Shown: one piece after another, positions 34,701 through 47,267 of the stretch
Layout of the letters: the number at the start of each line of letters is the position of its first letter
Position numbering within the stretch: the first letter of the stretch is position 1
Assembly (NCBI GenBank): GCA_965644295.1
Contig: CBFFRP010000577.1
Coordinates: forward strand, 1-64,000
Origin: Paraphysomonas bandaiensis
Lineage: Eukaryota > Protista > Chrysophyceae
Direction: 5' to 3'
DNA length: 64,000 bases
Made by a program: the position numbers and the translations under genes
Notes under the pieces: generated by a model
The model's database searches: none
Told to the model about the DNA's origin: nothing
Seen by the model: the letters and a program-made list of their open reading frames with translations, nothing else

Positions 34701-37074
34701 ATGATGCAAGGGAAATGTGTAGTGGTGGCAATGCACCAACCTCGAAATGAGTTGTTCGAACTTCTTGATGACCTCCTCCTCATGAAGGTGAACTAAATAT
34801 TAGTGTGTTCCGTAGTTAACATGACTTTACTTATAGGGTGGGAAAACGATGTTCTGTGGGAGTGCGTTTGACTTCAAAGCCTTCATATATGACCAATTGG
34901 AGGAGTCTGCGTATGATTCCACGAGTGACCGTATCGTTGATCACCTTGAAGTCCATCGTGATCTGTTTGTCCCCAACTATTGGAATGAAGAATCTATCAC
35001 TGTGAAGATGGTAAAAGTGGACGTCGTGTCCAAGATAGATCGCTCGTCACAGCTTGTAGTGCCAAGAAATGACAAAGATTACTTGGACAAACATGGAGAT
35101 AGTATTCAATTCGACAGAATATCAGATATGTTTGTCCAGTTTTGTAGCGCTATCAAGGACAACAACGGAGAATATGAGTTCATTCCTTCTGAAATTGTCT
35201 GTGAGCTTTATGCTGATGCTTTGCAAAGAGTGACAGCGCTGGATATTGTTCGTCAGGTTAATTTTGTTCTTACGCAGCACAAAAGCAGCGACGACGAATA
35301 TGTACGAGTTGGAGTGAATGTAGTACAAAGAGGTGCATTATATCTGTTTCGGCGGTGGTTGATGAAGATTGCTGTTATAATTCGACGGCTGTGGCTCGCG
35401 CATGATAGCGTGTTCTATTTAGGCACATTTGGCTTGACAGTTCTAGTGTATCCACTTATGGCCCTTCTATTGATGGATGGTATCGGTGTCAACGATCTCT
35501 TCCTTGGACTATGTTTCATTTCTTTCTTTCCTTTTTTCATTCTTACTTTGGTTATACCGTCGTATATGACGGATAGTTATAGGCGAATTAGTGGTGAGTT
35601 GGGTGAAGGTGTATATGGAGCCATTGCTACACAATTTTCATTCGTTGGATTTTATACTTTCATCTCAATATGTGTCGCTCTTGCGGTAAACTTTTCAATA
35701 TTTATTGTTCGTGAGCACACTGGATTCTGGGAGGTCTATAAAGGGTTCATGATACTGTACGTTTATCACTGGAATTTTCTGTCATCTCAAACGTTTTTGT
35801 AGGAATATGGATATGTTTTTCGCTGCGAGTCTGATGTACCTTTGCACACTGATATTCAATGCCGACTCTAAGACGGTGAGTGTATATACACACATATATA
35901 ATTTTGCGTCATATTTACTTAGGTATTTTTCGTCAGTACTATGATTCTTGTCGTACAAACTCTGTTGAGTGGCTTATTTATTAGAATTCACAAATTTCCT
36001 GACGCATTAAAGGCTGTGATGCAAATCAACCCAATGTTTATTACAATTGCTTCATTCCAACAATTTTACATAGGATCATGTGGCATGGATTATGGGGACG
36101 AAAAATTCTGTAGAAATGCTATACTTTTGTTGTTTGGGTATGAGCCATACAACGAGCCGTCTTACGGTCTTTTTCTTCTCATAATCTGGGCTGTACTAGT
36201 GAATATATTGTCATTATTGATAGCCGCACTTCGCCGCTGCGCTTCTCCAGGAGTATACGTGTCAGGGTTAGAGAGTTCGCACCACTCTCCTTCGTCTTCC
36301 ACCCGCTCAAAATCGATGAATTATAATCCTGATTCTCAATATAGGGAGGATGACCCAGACTACCAGAGTAACAGTACCAATAATATGGTAAATGGTATGC
36401 GCAACTCAGAGCTTGAAAATGGTCTAACTCCTGTACAAGAGGAGGAAAGTTTGGTACAAGAAGATTCAATCCATGAAGAAAACCAGAATTTTCAAAAAAC
36501 GATGGATGGAGAAAGCCAGAATGAGGATGACTGTAAGATGCCTGACTCATACGAATACGGAAATGAAGTTCACCTTGGTGATTCTAGATCTGGACTGGAA
36601 ATGATAAATGGCGGCATGGAACCTAGTCTAAGCGATACCTGTAGTGAAGTGGGTAATGATCACGATGATATGTCACCTCTCAGTAGTCAAGATAACCCAT
36701 CACCTAAAAGCGAGGCTTCCCTGCTTACACATGATAGTGTCGCTATGTTTGACGCCATAGAAGCGTCTCAAAATGATGAGGACGCAGTTGTAATTGAAAA
36801 CGACCTTTTTACGTGTACGCAGACAGTTCATTCAACTGGGCACGGTTTTGCAGAATTATGCATCCTTATAAGATTTCACCAAACGGTTGAGTCCAAGAAA
36901 GATATTGTGCTTGGTTTGTCTGAGTCTCAGATGAGTATGAGTATCAGTCTTGTTCAGTCACCGGAGGAGGAAGAAACGCTTACTTTGATTCATATGATCG
37001 ATAGCGGAACCATCAAGTCTAAGTTTTCAAATTCCACTTTGAAAGTTTGTGCCGCGACTATATCTTTTCATTGA
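31797..37074 (+). CDS. Fusion: signal peptide + pectinacetylesterase/Notum-like domain + TM + ABCG-type NBD and TMD
   Basis: Esterase motifs: CVDGSQASYYVR, WVIYVEDG, YMYINYCSQDGWLG, RGSSILKA, GCLHH. ABC motifs: spliced Walker A GPSGCGKS, LTDGQRRRL, LFLDDPTGGLD, AMHQPR. ABC2-type membrane domain (QTLLSGLFIR...P). Confidence 0.78.
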
Positions 37075-37420
37075 TAGTATATACTTAGGATTAATCTATA
37101 GCTGTTATTTGTAATTATATATCTCTTTTATACATTTTTTTTACTAATATACTATTCTATGCAAGCTACTGCTATTTTTAGAAGCTACGGTAAGATAAGT
37201 AGTCTAACTGCTTTTCTAAATATATGAAACCTTTGCTGTTGTAATAATACTAGTATGTCTATCTCGTGAGATTTCTGCTGCTTATCAACATTTGCTATGG
37301 ATAGTGCTATGTCCTGCTAGATATGGCTAGTTCTTGTTAATAGAAGTCAAACGTTTATGAGCTAGTCAGAAATGTTGTTTGCCTGTAGTCTGTAGTGAAT
37401 GTCTGATTATTAACAATAGG

Positions 37421-38340
37421 CAGGGCTGCGTATCAATTAATAGTCAATTATTATTGAAATTGCAATAATTGAAATTGGGACATCAAATCATAATTGCGAT
37501 TATAATTGACTCCAACTTGCTTCAATTAATTACAATTATGTGATAAAGAATATCACCTTTTAATACTAAAAATTCTTTTATAAACGCCATTTTTATTGCA
37601 AAAATCCAATTTTTAGTATAAAAATCGAAGATTGGTGAAAGACTAATATCCACAGGATTATCTCACATACTAATTCAATTAACTAATTAGCAATATGAGC
37701 AATAAACAGGTACCAGAAATCATTGCACGAGTGTTCTTTGAGCGAGAAAATAAATTTTAATAGCGAAGAGAGGTTGCAATAATAGTGACTTTTGGCAGTG
37801 TAGGGAGTGTCCTGTAGGAAAAGGGGCTCCAGATTAGCCATGATTGACCGCTACTTGCTTCTATATAATCATTTGCCATCATGAGAGTTTGATTCCGACG
37901 TGATAAGTCTAATACCAAGTAAAACTCGTGCAATTACATCAACTAGTGTCCTTACAATTACAGAAGTAAGAGGTGAACACGAGCTTGACCTCCACGACGT
38001 TTGTACATTGTTTGACGAACTCATCTTAAGGTACCCACTTGTCGAGCGTCTTCTAAACAACAACGCTTCTATTATTCATAGCGCTGCTTTCAAAAAGACA
38101 GTCGTGAAGATTCAATGTGGCAACAAAGCCGTACTAAATCGGACAGAAAAGGATAAAAATAAATATTTTTGCTCGATGAGGATGAAGAAGATGATTACAG
38201 TGCGAGCTTTGTTCCAATTGATTGACGGTAGCAGGCAGCGGAGAAGCGAGCAAGATTTAACCCGCAAACTCGTTGTTACCGCAGCATGAAGCACTTGCAT
38301 GCCACAATAAATAAGTTTGGAAGGTTATTCAGTACATGGG
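37421..38340 (+). pseudogene. Decayed hAT-superfamily DNA transposon (one TIR plus transposase remnants)
   Basis: TIR CAGGGCTGCGTATC at 37421. Remnant LHDVCTLFDELILRYP...ASIIHSAAFKKTVVKIQ and degenerate hATC motif HATINKFGRLFS near 38298-38333; frameshifts and stops. Confidence 0.7.
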
Positions 38341-38343
38341 GGT

Positions 38344-38396
38344 GTACTTACCCCCAGAACATCACGAAACAGTACGAGTTCGACATTGTTTAGGGC
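38344..38396 (-). repeat. Diverged 5' (ribozyme-head) fragment of the retroposon family
   Basis: gtacttacccccagaacatcacgaaacagtacgagttcgacattgtttagggc aligns with 25441-25494. Confidence 0.75.
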
Positions 38397-38760
38397 TAGT
38401 TGGAAATGCTGTAGTGTAAGGTTTTCCAATTGTAGCAGCTATTTATGAATTCAGTATAGATAAACATTATATTTTTTGAATTTGATGAAATTGTATGAAA
38501 TATATATCAGAAATATACCAGTAATCAGCAAAGTTGTTGTGACTTGTTGGCGACTGTGACTAATTCCTACATACTTACAATAACCTATTATATCCTGTAT
38601 TTCATTTTCTTGTTTCTTATTATTTATTGCATCTACAATCTACACTACACATTATACTTCTCTCTTATCACCATGAGGGTTTTATGCTACATGCCACACA
38701 TATTTCTTACATAGTACCTTATGGAAACATGAGTACAAGTTAAAGGCAGCTAAGAGTATC

Positions 38761-40119
38761 TTACGGCTTATTTTTACTGCAAATTTTTGAACATTTTTTC
38801 TTGTGCTTACCCCAATGTGCTTTCTGACAAGTCGCGCCACAGTAGAATACACTTAGACATTTTCCACATTTCTTTAACTCTTTTTTCGTGCCACGATTAA
38901 GACAGGTGGGATTAGCACACACTGTCTCTCCAGGAGGAGCCGTCGCAGAAGGAGTATTCATATAGTTGTATAAAAGAGTAGGCCCCAATGACACAGCTCT
39001 GAGCACCATATCATACATTGCTTGATATCCTTCATCGAGATCTTGCAGCAGTGGCTTATATTTCTCTAGGAGCTTATTGACGTAGGCGAAATGGTTTACA
39101 ACAATGAAATTTAATCTCTTCAGTGATTCAGCAGGAAGGCGAAATCCCAATGCTTCAGGGGAGCGAGAAAACTCTAGTAGAAAGGGAAAGTAGCTGGGAT
39201 AGCAGCCCAGCTTCAGCAACCACTTTAGACTCTCTGTGTCATCGGGACCCTCCTGTCCTTGCTTATCAGGGCAAGGGCATCCCAGCGGCACAGTACAGTT
39301 AAAATAATTCAAGACAGAGAAGACATGATCAACAGCGAGATGCTTGGCAAAGTCTGTGTCAGATATAATATCGACTACATCCCGGAAGGTCCGGTGTATC
39401 AGACTTAGCATAGACGGAGTTAGGGATGCACAGGCTTCGGGTTGGTTATAAGCCAGAGACGCGCTGAGTAGAGCATACGCCCATCCTAGAAATGAAGTTT
39501 GTTGTCCTTCAGTGTCTATCCTCAAGTGATATAAGTCGTAGTACTGTAGCAGCGTTTCAATGCCATTCTCTGTTTGGACAATAGTTCGACTGGTGCTGGT
39601 GTCTCGAGCAATGCACTTATACAAGGCACCGATAGCAACCTCACCAGTGTACTCTCCATCACAAGTGCGTATGATGTGCAATAATCTGGGAATAACCTCT
39701 GGATATGTGTTAATAATGGTGTGTTGTCTCGTGTCGCTACCAGCAGCTGTGGAGGCTATCAAATGACTGGCCATAAAACAATACTTCTGCTGCTCATGAC
39801 TGCACTCAGAGTACGGAAGAGACGTATTCTCGACTAGAATATTGACAATCCTTGAGAAGTTCTCTGGTCTTATCATGATATCTCTCTCTGTCTCTCTGTA
39901 GTTCAGCATAGAGACGATCTCGATACACTGCTGCTCCTTTACGTCCATACTCACTGATGATGAACACAGAGATGTAAGGAACGAATCATATGTCTGAGGA
40001 TTGCTTCGTTTGGACATGTTTCTCTTCTGGTCTGATGTCTGATGTGTTGTATCTGATATGTGGATCATGTACTTGCGCCATGCCTCTGAGACGGACGCAA
40101 GCAGTCTAAATATCCCCAC
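38761..40119 (-). CDS. MYND zinc-finger protein with helical (ARM-like) N-terminal region
   Basis: C-terminal CANPTC...CGKCLSVFYCGATCQKAHWGKHKKKC; intronless; true start probably a downstream Met. Confidence 0.9.
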   Translation of the reverse strand: MGIFRLLASVSEAWRKYMIHISDTTHQTSDQKRNMSKRSNPQTYDSFLTSLCSSSVSMDVKEQQCIEIVSMLNYRETERDIMIRPENFSRIVNILVENTSLPYSECSHEQQKYCFMASHLIASTAAGSDTRQHTIINTYPEVIPRLLHIIRTCDGEYTGEVAIGALYKCIARDTSTSRTIVQTENGIETLLQYYDLYHLRIDTEGQQTSFLGWAYALLSASLAYNQPEACASLTPSMLSLIHRTFRDVVDIISDTDFAKHLAVDHVFSVLNYFNCTVPLGCPCPDKQGQEGPDDTESLKWLLKLGCYPSYFPFLLEFSRSPEALGFRLPAESLKRLNFIVVNHFAYVNKLLEKYKPLLQDLDEGYQAMYDMVLRAVSLGPTLLYNYMNTPSATAPPGETVCANPTCLNRGTKKELKKCGKCLSVFYCGATCQKAHWGKHKKKCSKICSKNKP

Positions 40120-40381
40120 TTTATAGATCCTAAAATCTTGGGAATCTAAATTTCATGTACAGAGTACAACTGATTTTTCATATAGCACTATACAGGTGTA
40201 CGTTTCGTGCAGTATCCAAGACGCTGTTCTCCCTATTTTATACACATAGTCGAGTACTTCAAACTCATATTTCTCGGATTTTGTTGTTGTGTGTGCAATA
40301 AAGTCGAGTTATTTCATACACTGCCCTGCTGTATGAACATTCTCGTCCAGAACATTGCATTAATCCACACATATCTCTCTC

Positions 40382-41854
40382 ATGCGAAACTCTAACCCCT
40401 TCGACGGCATAACCTATGGTTCAATCCCTCCCCCGGAGGACTGCTCCCCCTCAGGGTCTGGAGTATCGTCTTCTAAAGGCTCTTGTTCCCAATTAGAGTC
40501 AGCCAGTAACCTCATTGCAGTGGTTACTGGAGCAGGCATGCTTTCTCTTCCATTTGCTGCGGCTTCAATGGGATGGAGTGCAATGGTACTCCTCGCCGTG
40601 ATTACAGCATGTTTCGTGTATTCATATGTGCTGCTGGCGCTCAGTATTGAATACATACTCTTACGACGAGGGAACGAGTATGACATCGTCGACTATGTGG
40701 TACTCGGTAAAGAGGCATTTGGAAGTGGTGGCGATAAGATTGTTTTGGTGATATTAATATCTGAACTCTTTCTAGCACTAGTGTCTTTTTTTATCAATAT
40801 TGGAATCAACATCAATGCTATTAACCATGGATTTGGAATACCTGAGGCCATTGTTTTGTCCAGTGTTATTGCAGCAGTTTTGGCATGCTTAGACATGAAA
40901 GTCATTTCTCGGTTCACTGCAGGTGGCAACATCATGACAGGTATGTTTGTGTTGATGATGTATGGGCTGTGTGTTTCTAACTGGGCTGCAGGGCTTACTA
41001 TTGCCTCTCTGGCATTGAGTGGTGCTTTCCTTCCTGCAGATGGGAGTACCGAGGTGCACTATAAGGGTCTTGATATACGGGGTTTGCCGTTATCTCTTGG
41101 AGTGATGGCATACTGCTTCGGCGGCCACGGGGCTTTGTGAGTAGTGTCATATCATAGCGTCGTTCCTTGTCTTACATCATTGCAGCCCCAAGATTTATCA
41201 ATCGATGGCAGAGCGTCACCGCTATCCTGTCGCTATTAGCACTGTCGCTGCTGTAGTATTTTCATTATATGCAGTCATTATATCTATTGGGTATGCCTAC
41301 TACGGCTCCCATACTAAGATACCTGTTACTATCAACATTGGTCGAGATCTCCAAGGAATGGAACTTCCCAACGCTAGACTTTTGTCTATTTTTGCCTCCC
41401 TGGGTTTGATATGTAACATACAGGTAGTGGAGTCTGCATGGTGTATAGTTTTGGATAGTAATTCGAAATGCAGGCTACATGTCCTATCATTGTCCTGACA
41501 ATCGGTGACATGTATACGACGGCCCTTGGACGGGAACACAGCAACGGCCGCTATGTCAGCCTAATTGTTATATTATTTGCCATGCTGATTGCTGTATTTC
41601 TACGAGAAGATTTTCTACAAGTTTGCGGAATAGTGGGTTCTTTTTCCACTATAACGTCCTCAATATTCTTGCCCATTATATTCTATCACCAGCTCTTCAA
41701 ATACGCAGAAATACCGAAAACAACTTACGCTATACATATCGCTGTGGTATGCCTTGCAGCATGTGCGATGTTTGTTGGAGTTACTAGTAGTGTATGTGGT
41801 ATTACTGGTTCGGAATCCGCGCTCTGTACATTAACACAGCCATCCAACGACTAA
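40382..41854 (+). CDS. Amino acid transporter (Aa_trans/AVT family)
   Basis: NLIAVVTGAGMLSLPFAAASMGW, AYCFGGHGALP, GIVGS...IFLPIIFY; multi-exon with many TM segments. Confidence 0.92.
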
Positions 41855-42602
41855 TTGTAGCTTTTTTGACCACGTAAGTATTCATTTCATTTGGTATGGT
41901 TGTTTGACAAATGAAATACATCGTGAAAGTGATATCAGTTTTTCTATTGTAAGCTAATAAGATAATATGTCTTTTGTAACAGTTGAATCATCAACAGCAC
42001 TACCTCATTTTGTTATATCTTATATCTAATATTTGGTGTACAACACTGTGTAGATAAGATACTACTAGTGCTATATGCATTGGCTCTTGAACATTTTTAC
42101 TATTTTATATCGTTAGACTAGGTAGATGATTACTATTGCATAGGAATTTTATATTTTACAGTTCTATCTTAGGTAAACATACGTATTCCAACAATGTGTA
42201 GTCATGCATTCATAACCATATAAAAATGATCACAATTTTCTGCACATTTATCAGTAGATTCATAAATATCCTCTACAGCTAACCCGAAAAATGAATAACG
42301 TTAAACACTTCCACGTTGTACATTTATACGACAATGATTTAGTTTGTCACTAACATTCCGCGTAGTCATAGCTACAGCGTAGAGGCAACGCATCGGAATC
42401 TCCAGGTAGAATGAACATATGAAAGCTCTATTATTATTAGGTTGTAATATCTTGTCGTGTTCAAAATTAAATTTCTAAACTTCTATAACTTTAACATCGG
42501 TGCATTTAGCTTCCAGTAACTTGTGAACAACACTCATGTAGCACAAAACACTCTAACTTAAGGTCCAAGGAAATATAGCAAAGGGAAACTATCACTACAG
42601 AA

Positions 42603-43268
42603 CTATAGACATGAGTTCTCGTAATTTATCATAATCTTGTTCGCGTGAAATGCAGCTCGTTCGTATGCAACATTATCATCAATATCGCTTGTTGAGCATT
42701 CCTCTTCTGGGCATCCGATACTTAACGCTCTGCTCAGAAGTGAAAAACTGTTTGACGTGCTATCGACAAAATTTAAACTGTTAACACTGTCACAGTCTGA
42801 GGAAGTTGGGGTCGACGGGTGTTCTTGTTCGTTTTTTTCCCCTAATGTGGTCAGACCGGTTGAAACATGGCTACTCCTCAGAGCCCGACAACAAGAAGTC
42901 ACACTTCCATATATTAATAATACAGAGACACCAACAGTAATGATCGGCATGGCGGCAGATTTAGTGACCGCCCGATGAAATGTGGTTTGTCCCCACATCG
43001 GATGCTTCCATGTGCCACGTGCACGACACATCACCCCTCCATCACATCTCTCAGCCATTTGTTTGCACCGCCAACAGAACTCATAATTACAACACGAGCA
43101 GCAGACATAACTCCCAATATCTGGTCCCCTTATATACTTTCTACATGATGGGCATCTCTTGTGTCCTCCGGATGGATGGCTATGCCTGTGTATATCAGAG
43201 CTGGAGTTTTCAGAGGAAGGGGGGTCCGTCTCCGCCCCGTGATCCATGGGAGGAAAATTCAGAGTCAT
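42603..43268 (-). CDS. IBR/Rcat-like zinc-finger protein with a hydrophobic segment
   Basis: KRCPSCRKYI...CCSCCNYEFCWRC resembles RBR ligase RING2, followed by a TM-like stretch as in RNF144/217-type proteins. Confidence 0.6.
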   Translation of the reverse strand: MTLNFPPMDHGAETDPPSSENSSSDIHRHSHPSGGHKRCPSCRKYIRGPDIGSYVCCSCCNYEFCWRCKQMAERCDGGVMCRARGTWKHPMWGQTTFHRAVTKSAAMPIITVGVSVLLIYGSVTSCCRALRSSHVSTGLTTLGEKNEQEHPSTPTSSDCDSVNSLNFVDSTSNSFSLLSRALSIGCPEEECSTSDIDDNVAYERAAFHANKIMINYENSCL

Positions 43269-46200
43269 CTCGTTGACAATCTACAAGTGATGCTCATATG
43301 GCGTGTGTAGTTCTCCTTATCGCATATGTATGATCTACATTCTTAAGCAAGTACACACGTGCAAATGGAGTTCCAATATAAACCACACGACGACATCCTC
43401 TGACGAATAAGAAGCATGTATTAGGGTATAGAGTGATTTGATTAGATAACAGTTGTTGTCAGGAGCAGCAGCAACCATGCGGGGGTGTTCGTACCACAGG
43501 GATTGGACAGTCATCCAACACGTACATGAGTACTGTATACCCTTTACCAGAATATACGTACAATTTACCCTAAATTTTCATTTATCATTCGCAATAAAAT
43601 GAGAGGTTTTTGGCACAATTGCTGTTTTTTATACAAATACGGTAATTTTGCATCTCATAATGCATATTTTTACTGTGGCCATCTCTGGATCTGTGGAGCA
43701 ACACTACGAGCGATTCGTATCATGGACAGACAGTATTAAGATCACGCACATATATATGCAGAACTACACTCCAAGTCGTAGAAAGATGAAATCTGAAAAG
43801 GAGAAAAAGTATGTTGATGATATCATTGATTTAACAGGAGAGGTTGACTTGAACGACTCAGGTGGTGCCGTTAAGAGTATTGACACTCCTTCCTCAGATA
43901 ACTCAATGGGAAATAAGATGAGATAAAGAGATTGCCCGCATCATGCCCTTGATGTCGACTACTCATATATCTTTCTTCTGGAAAGCTCATCGACTTGGTC
44001 AATATGGGAGCGTGTGACGTCAAGGGTCTGAAAGTGATATCAGTATCTTTATCGCGTGCTAATCATACATGTCTTTTGCTACGATTGAAACATCTACAAA
44101 ACTATCTCATCTTCTTATATCTTATGTGGCGAAGCAGATATATGCGGTGTAACACTGTGTGAATAGGTGATTTGTATTGTATCGTGTTGTCATGCATTTA
44201 TAAGCCTATTGGTGGATTGCGGATCAACTTACGCAAGTGCTGGCAAGGCCTCCCCAACGTTAAGATATACTCTGACCTTGGTCTGAGAAAGGAAAAAGGT
44301 GACGAGTTTCACCACATGCATATCATACTCGCAGAACTGCAGTAGAACTAGTATTATAGTACATCCCTCTTGAAGAGTTCCGCATTGTGTATATTTCTTT
44401 GTAATATTCCACGGTGTAAGAGATTCTTCATTATACATCACCTAACGAAACAAATTGCAATACTATTGTTAGAGAGCGTACCATCAATACTATTGATGGA
44501 GAGTGGAGAGTGCGATTTTAAACAGGCCCAACAATACAATTACAAGTACTACTCAAGATATAGACATATTATTTTAGTACTTAGTATTAGTATTATATCA
44601 CGAAACTGTTGCCATGATTTTTGAGTTTTAACGCTTTGGATTATAACCATTAATTTATAATTACAGTATTTAATTTAGTATTATATGAAATTAATGAAAA
44701 TGCATGTGGTTTTGCGATTGCTAGTTATTAATGACTGCTGTAGCTGTAGTACAAACGTCACACCGTATGATTAGGCTCGCTGATACACCATATGCAACGC
44801 TATGTTGCACTGATTTTTCGCAGTCATCTACCCGCCAACCCGTTCATCATCTTGGCTGATTATATAGAGGTGCCCCAGTGCTCCACTTATAGCTTACACT
44901 TTGAGTACACATCACTAGGACACGCCTTACTTCTTACTTTGCTAGTTACTCTTATCCGAATCATGTACATACTTTTGGTTCTCAACTATTTGCACAGGCA
45001 ACATTACTCATCTACAACTCTGCGGTTATACGACATACATTTCTTATTAGCATTTAGAACACACGTTAATTCTACGAACACAAAAGTCAATTAACGATTG
45101 GTAGTGCTAGCGATATAAGTCACAACAACTTTCCACACAAATATTGTTTCTTATTACACCTAGACTAAATTGCTATGTACTCGAAATAATATCACTCCAT
45201 GCATTAGGACGCAACTGACCTTCATTACCAAATAATTATGCAGTAGCAAAGAGGCATATTCCCATCTGGCCAACGTAAAAATAAATGAATTTTGAAGCTT
45301 CGTGGGTGACAAAGCATCCGAAGTTGCGACCAATAAAGCAATGCCACCTAAAAAAAATATCACGAGCATCCGTACCACGAAAAAAATAAAACATACACTG
45401 AGGGGTACTGCTGTTCAAATTTCTCTTTAATCGACGATGCAATCTCTTGTTCAGTTGTATAGTTGGCTATAGCTTCCTGCGCAGATGTAAAATCATACTG
45501 CTGACAACAACATGACGCTTAATTATAAAACCTGAGCAGTGCTAATGGCAAACTCCTGCATTTGCGCATTCATAAATGTCGTCTTAACAACAGGCCTCGC
45601 ACTCATTATTACAAGACACAGTATATCTAAGTAAGATTGCTCGTTAACTATACGCTAATGTGGATGATATGTTGCTATATAAGCATGCTGGTGTTACGAC
45701 TACGTGTGTATAGTATACAATGAAACGGTCATTGGTCACAGCAAGCACAAGAGCATTGTGTAGTATACTGCTGTAGTGTGGACTACACCACCCCATATTG
45801 CATTGTGCTGCTGCTCGTGATGATATGCACTATAATACTGTACTGTATATCCGTGCCATGTAAGATGCTGATCATCAGATCATGGATCCATGCGCGCGTG
45901 ATACCTCATCAGACCAAACTAGGGTCTCTATCTCCTCACCCTCGTATCTTGATCTCCTTATCATCATGGCTTGTACTGTACTATCTGCTTGAGGCATGCT
46001 GAGTGATGACCCTCTTTACGGGCTATTTCTTTGCCGTATCGTTATGGCATACTCCTCGTATAATATAGTACCGTTGTGTTACTCATCACCAAACAAGAGC
46101 CCCTGCATTGCCTGTCATGTAGTGTATTCACCTGCTGCTTCTGTACCCACACTTCTGCTGATGTACCCATCTCATCTCTGTCTACCTCCCGTTTAGTGGT

Positions 46201-47267
46201 CACGCTGCCGCCTTTCCTCCTTACATCACTGTCTCATTCTCTATTCTCATTCTCCGGACCCAAAACACAATCCATATCTTCTTCCCTGCTGCTCAACTTT
46301 CCATCCTCTATGCCTCTACTCCTGCTCGTCCTTTTGTGCTTTGAGTCTATCAAGAGCCTTTCACCCCCAGTCATCCCTTATCTCGATGTTCTCATCTTAT
46401 GAGGATAGCTCTATCTGAAATTGTTCCATCAGATTGTCGGCGGTTCATGATTAAGTCGATCACTCGTTGTCGTTGCATTCAACTACTATTCACCAATTGT
46501 TGTGACCAGAGTTTTTGAGCGTCATCATGAGTGATATTGTTCGTCGAATTTTCCGATTCTATGTACACAGGAAGTATTGGGTGAGGAGTACATCAAAACT
46601 TCGTTACATCACTTTAAACTAAATTGTAATGAATACTCTTAAATTCTGCTCTATCTAAAAATTCATATCTGCTGTACCTCTTTCCCCATACATGATGCTA
46701 TATGATAGGCACCTAGCCAGTTTTTTTCTCAGTAAATATATGCTGAGAGAGGAAAATCTATAGTATACTAACTATCTCGACCATACATAATACATAATCC
46801 AGCTGTAATACTATACGGACTATTGTGATGACCACTGGCCGTGGTAGACACAGAACAATCCTGCTCATAATCAGGCATGATTTTCGATATTAATTTGACT
46901 CTACCTTCTAACACACTAACTGCTAACACAACTAGCTACTTCCTTCCCCGTGCCGCTATCTTTCTCATGCTTCTCTTATAGTTCACATATCTTAATGCTA
47001 TATATTGCTTTGAAAGTTGGGCCTAATGATTCCATTACATGGTGCCTTCGCTATGAGCATCTTGCCCTGGTAGCTGGTTATTACATTTCATACGTGTGGG
47101 GACATAGACGCATAAACAACAGACTACCTAGAGACATATATCTATTGTACGATTACAGCACAAGGAGGCAATGTATTTACAGTGATTTGATATCAGCAAT
47201 ATTTCCAGATATCTACTTATATTCTTCTCTACAATAACCATGACTTATCGAATTCACATTTATGGCA

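Noticed and set aside
43648-46560. Short ORFs and possible gene remnants
   Set aside because: Interrupted by stops, no recognisable motifs and no consistent splice model.
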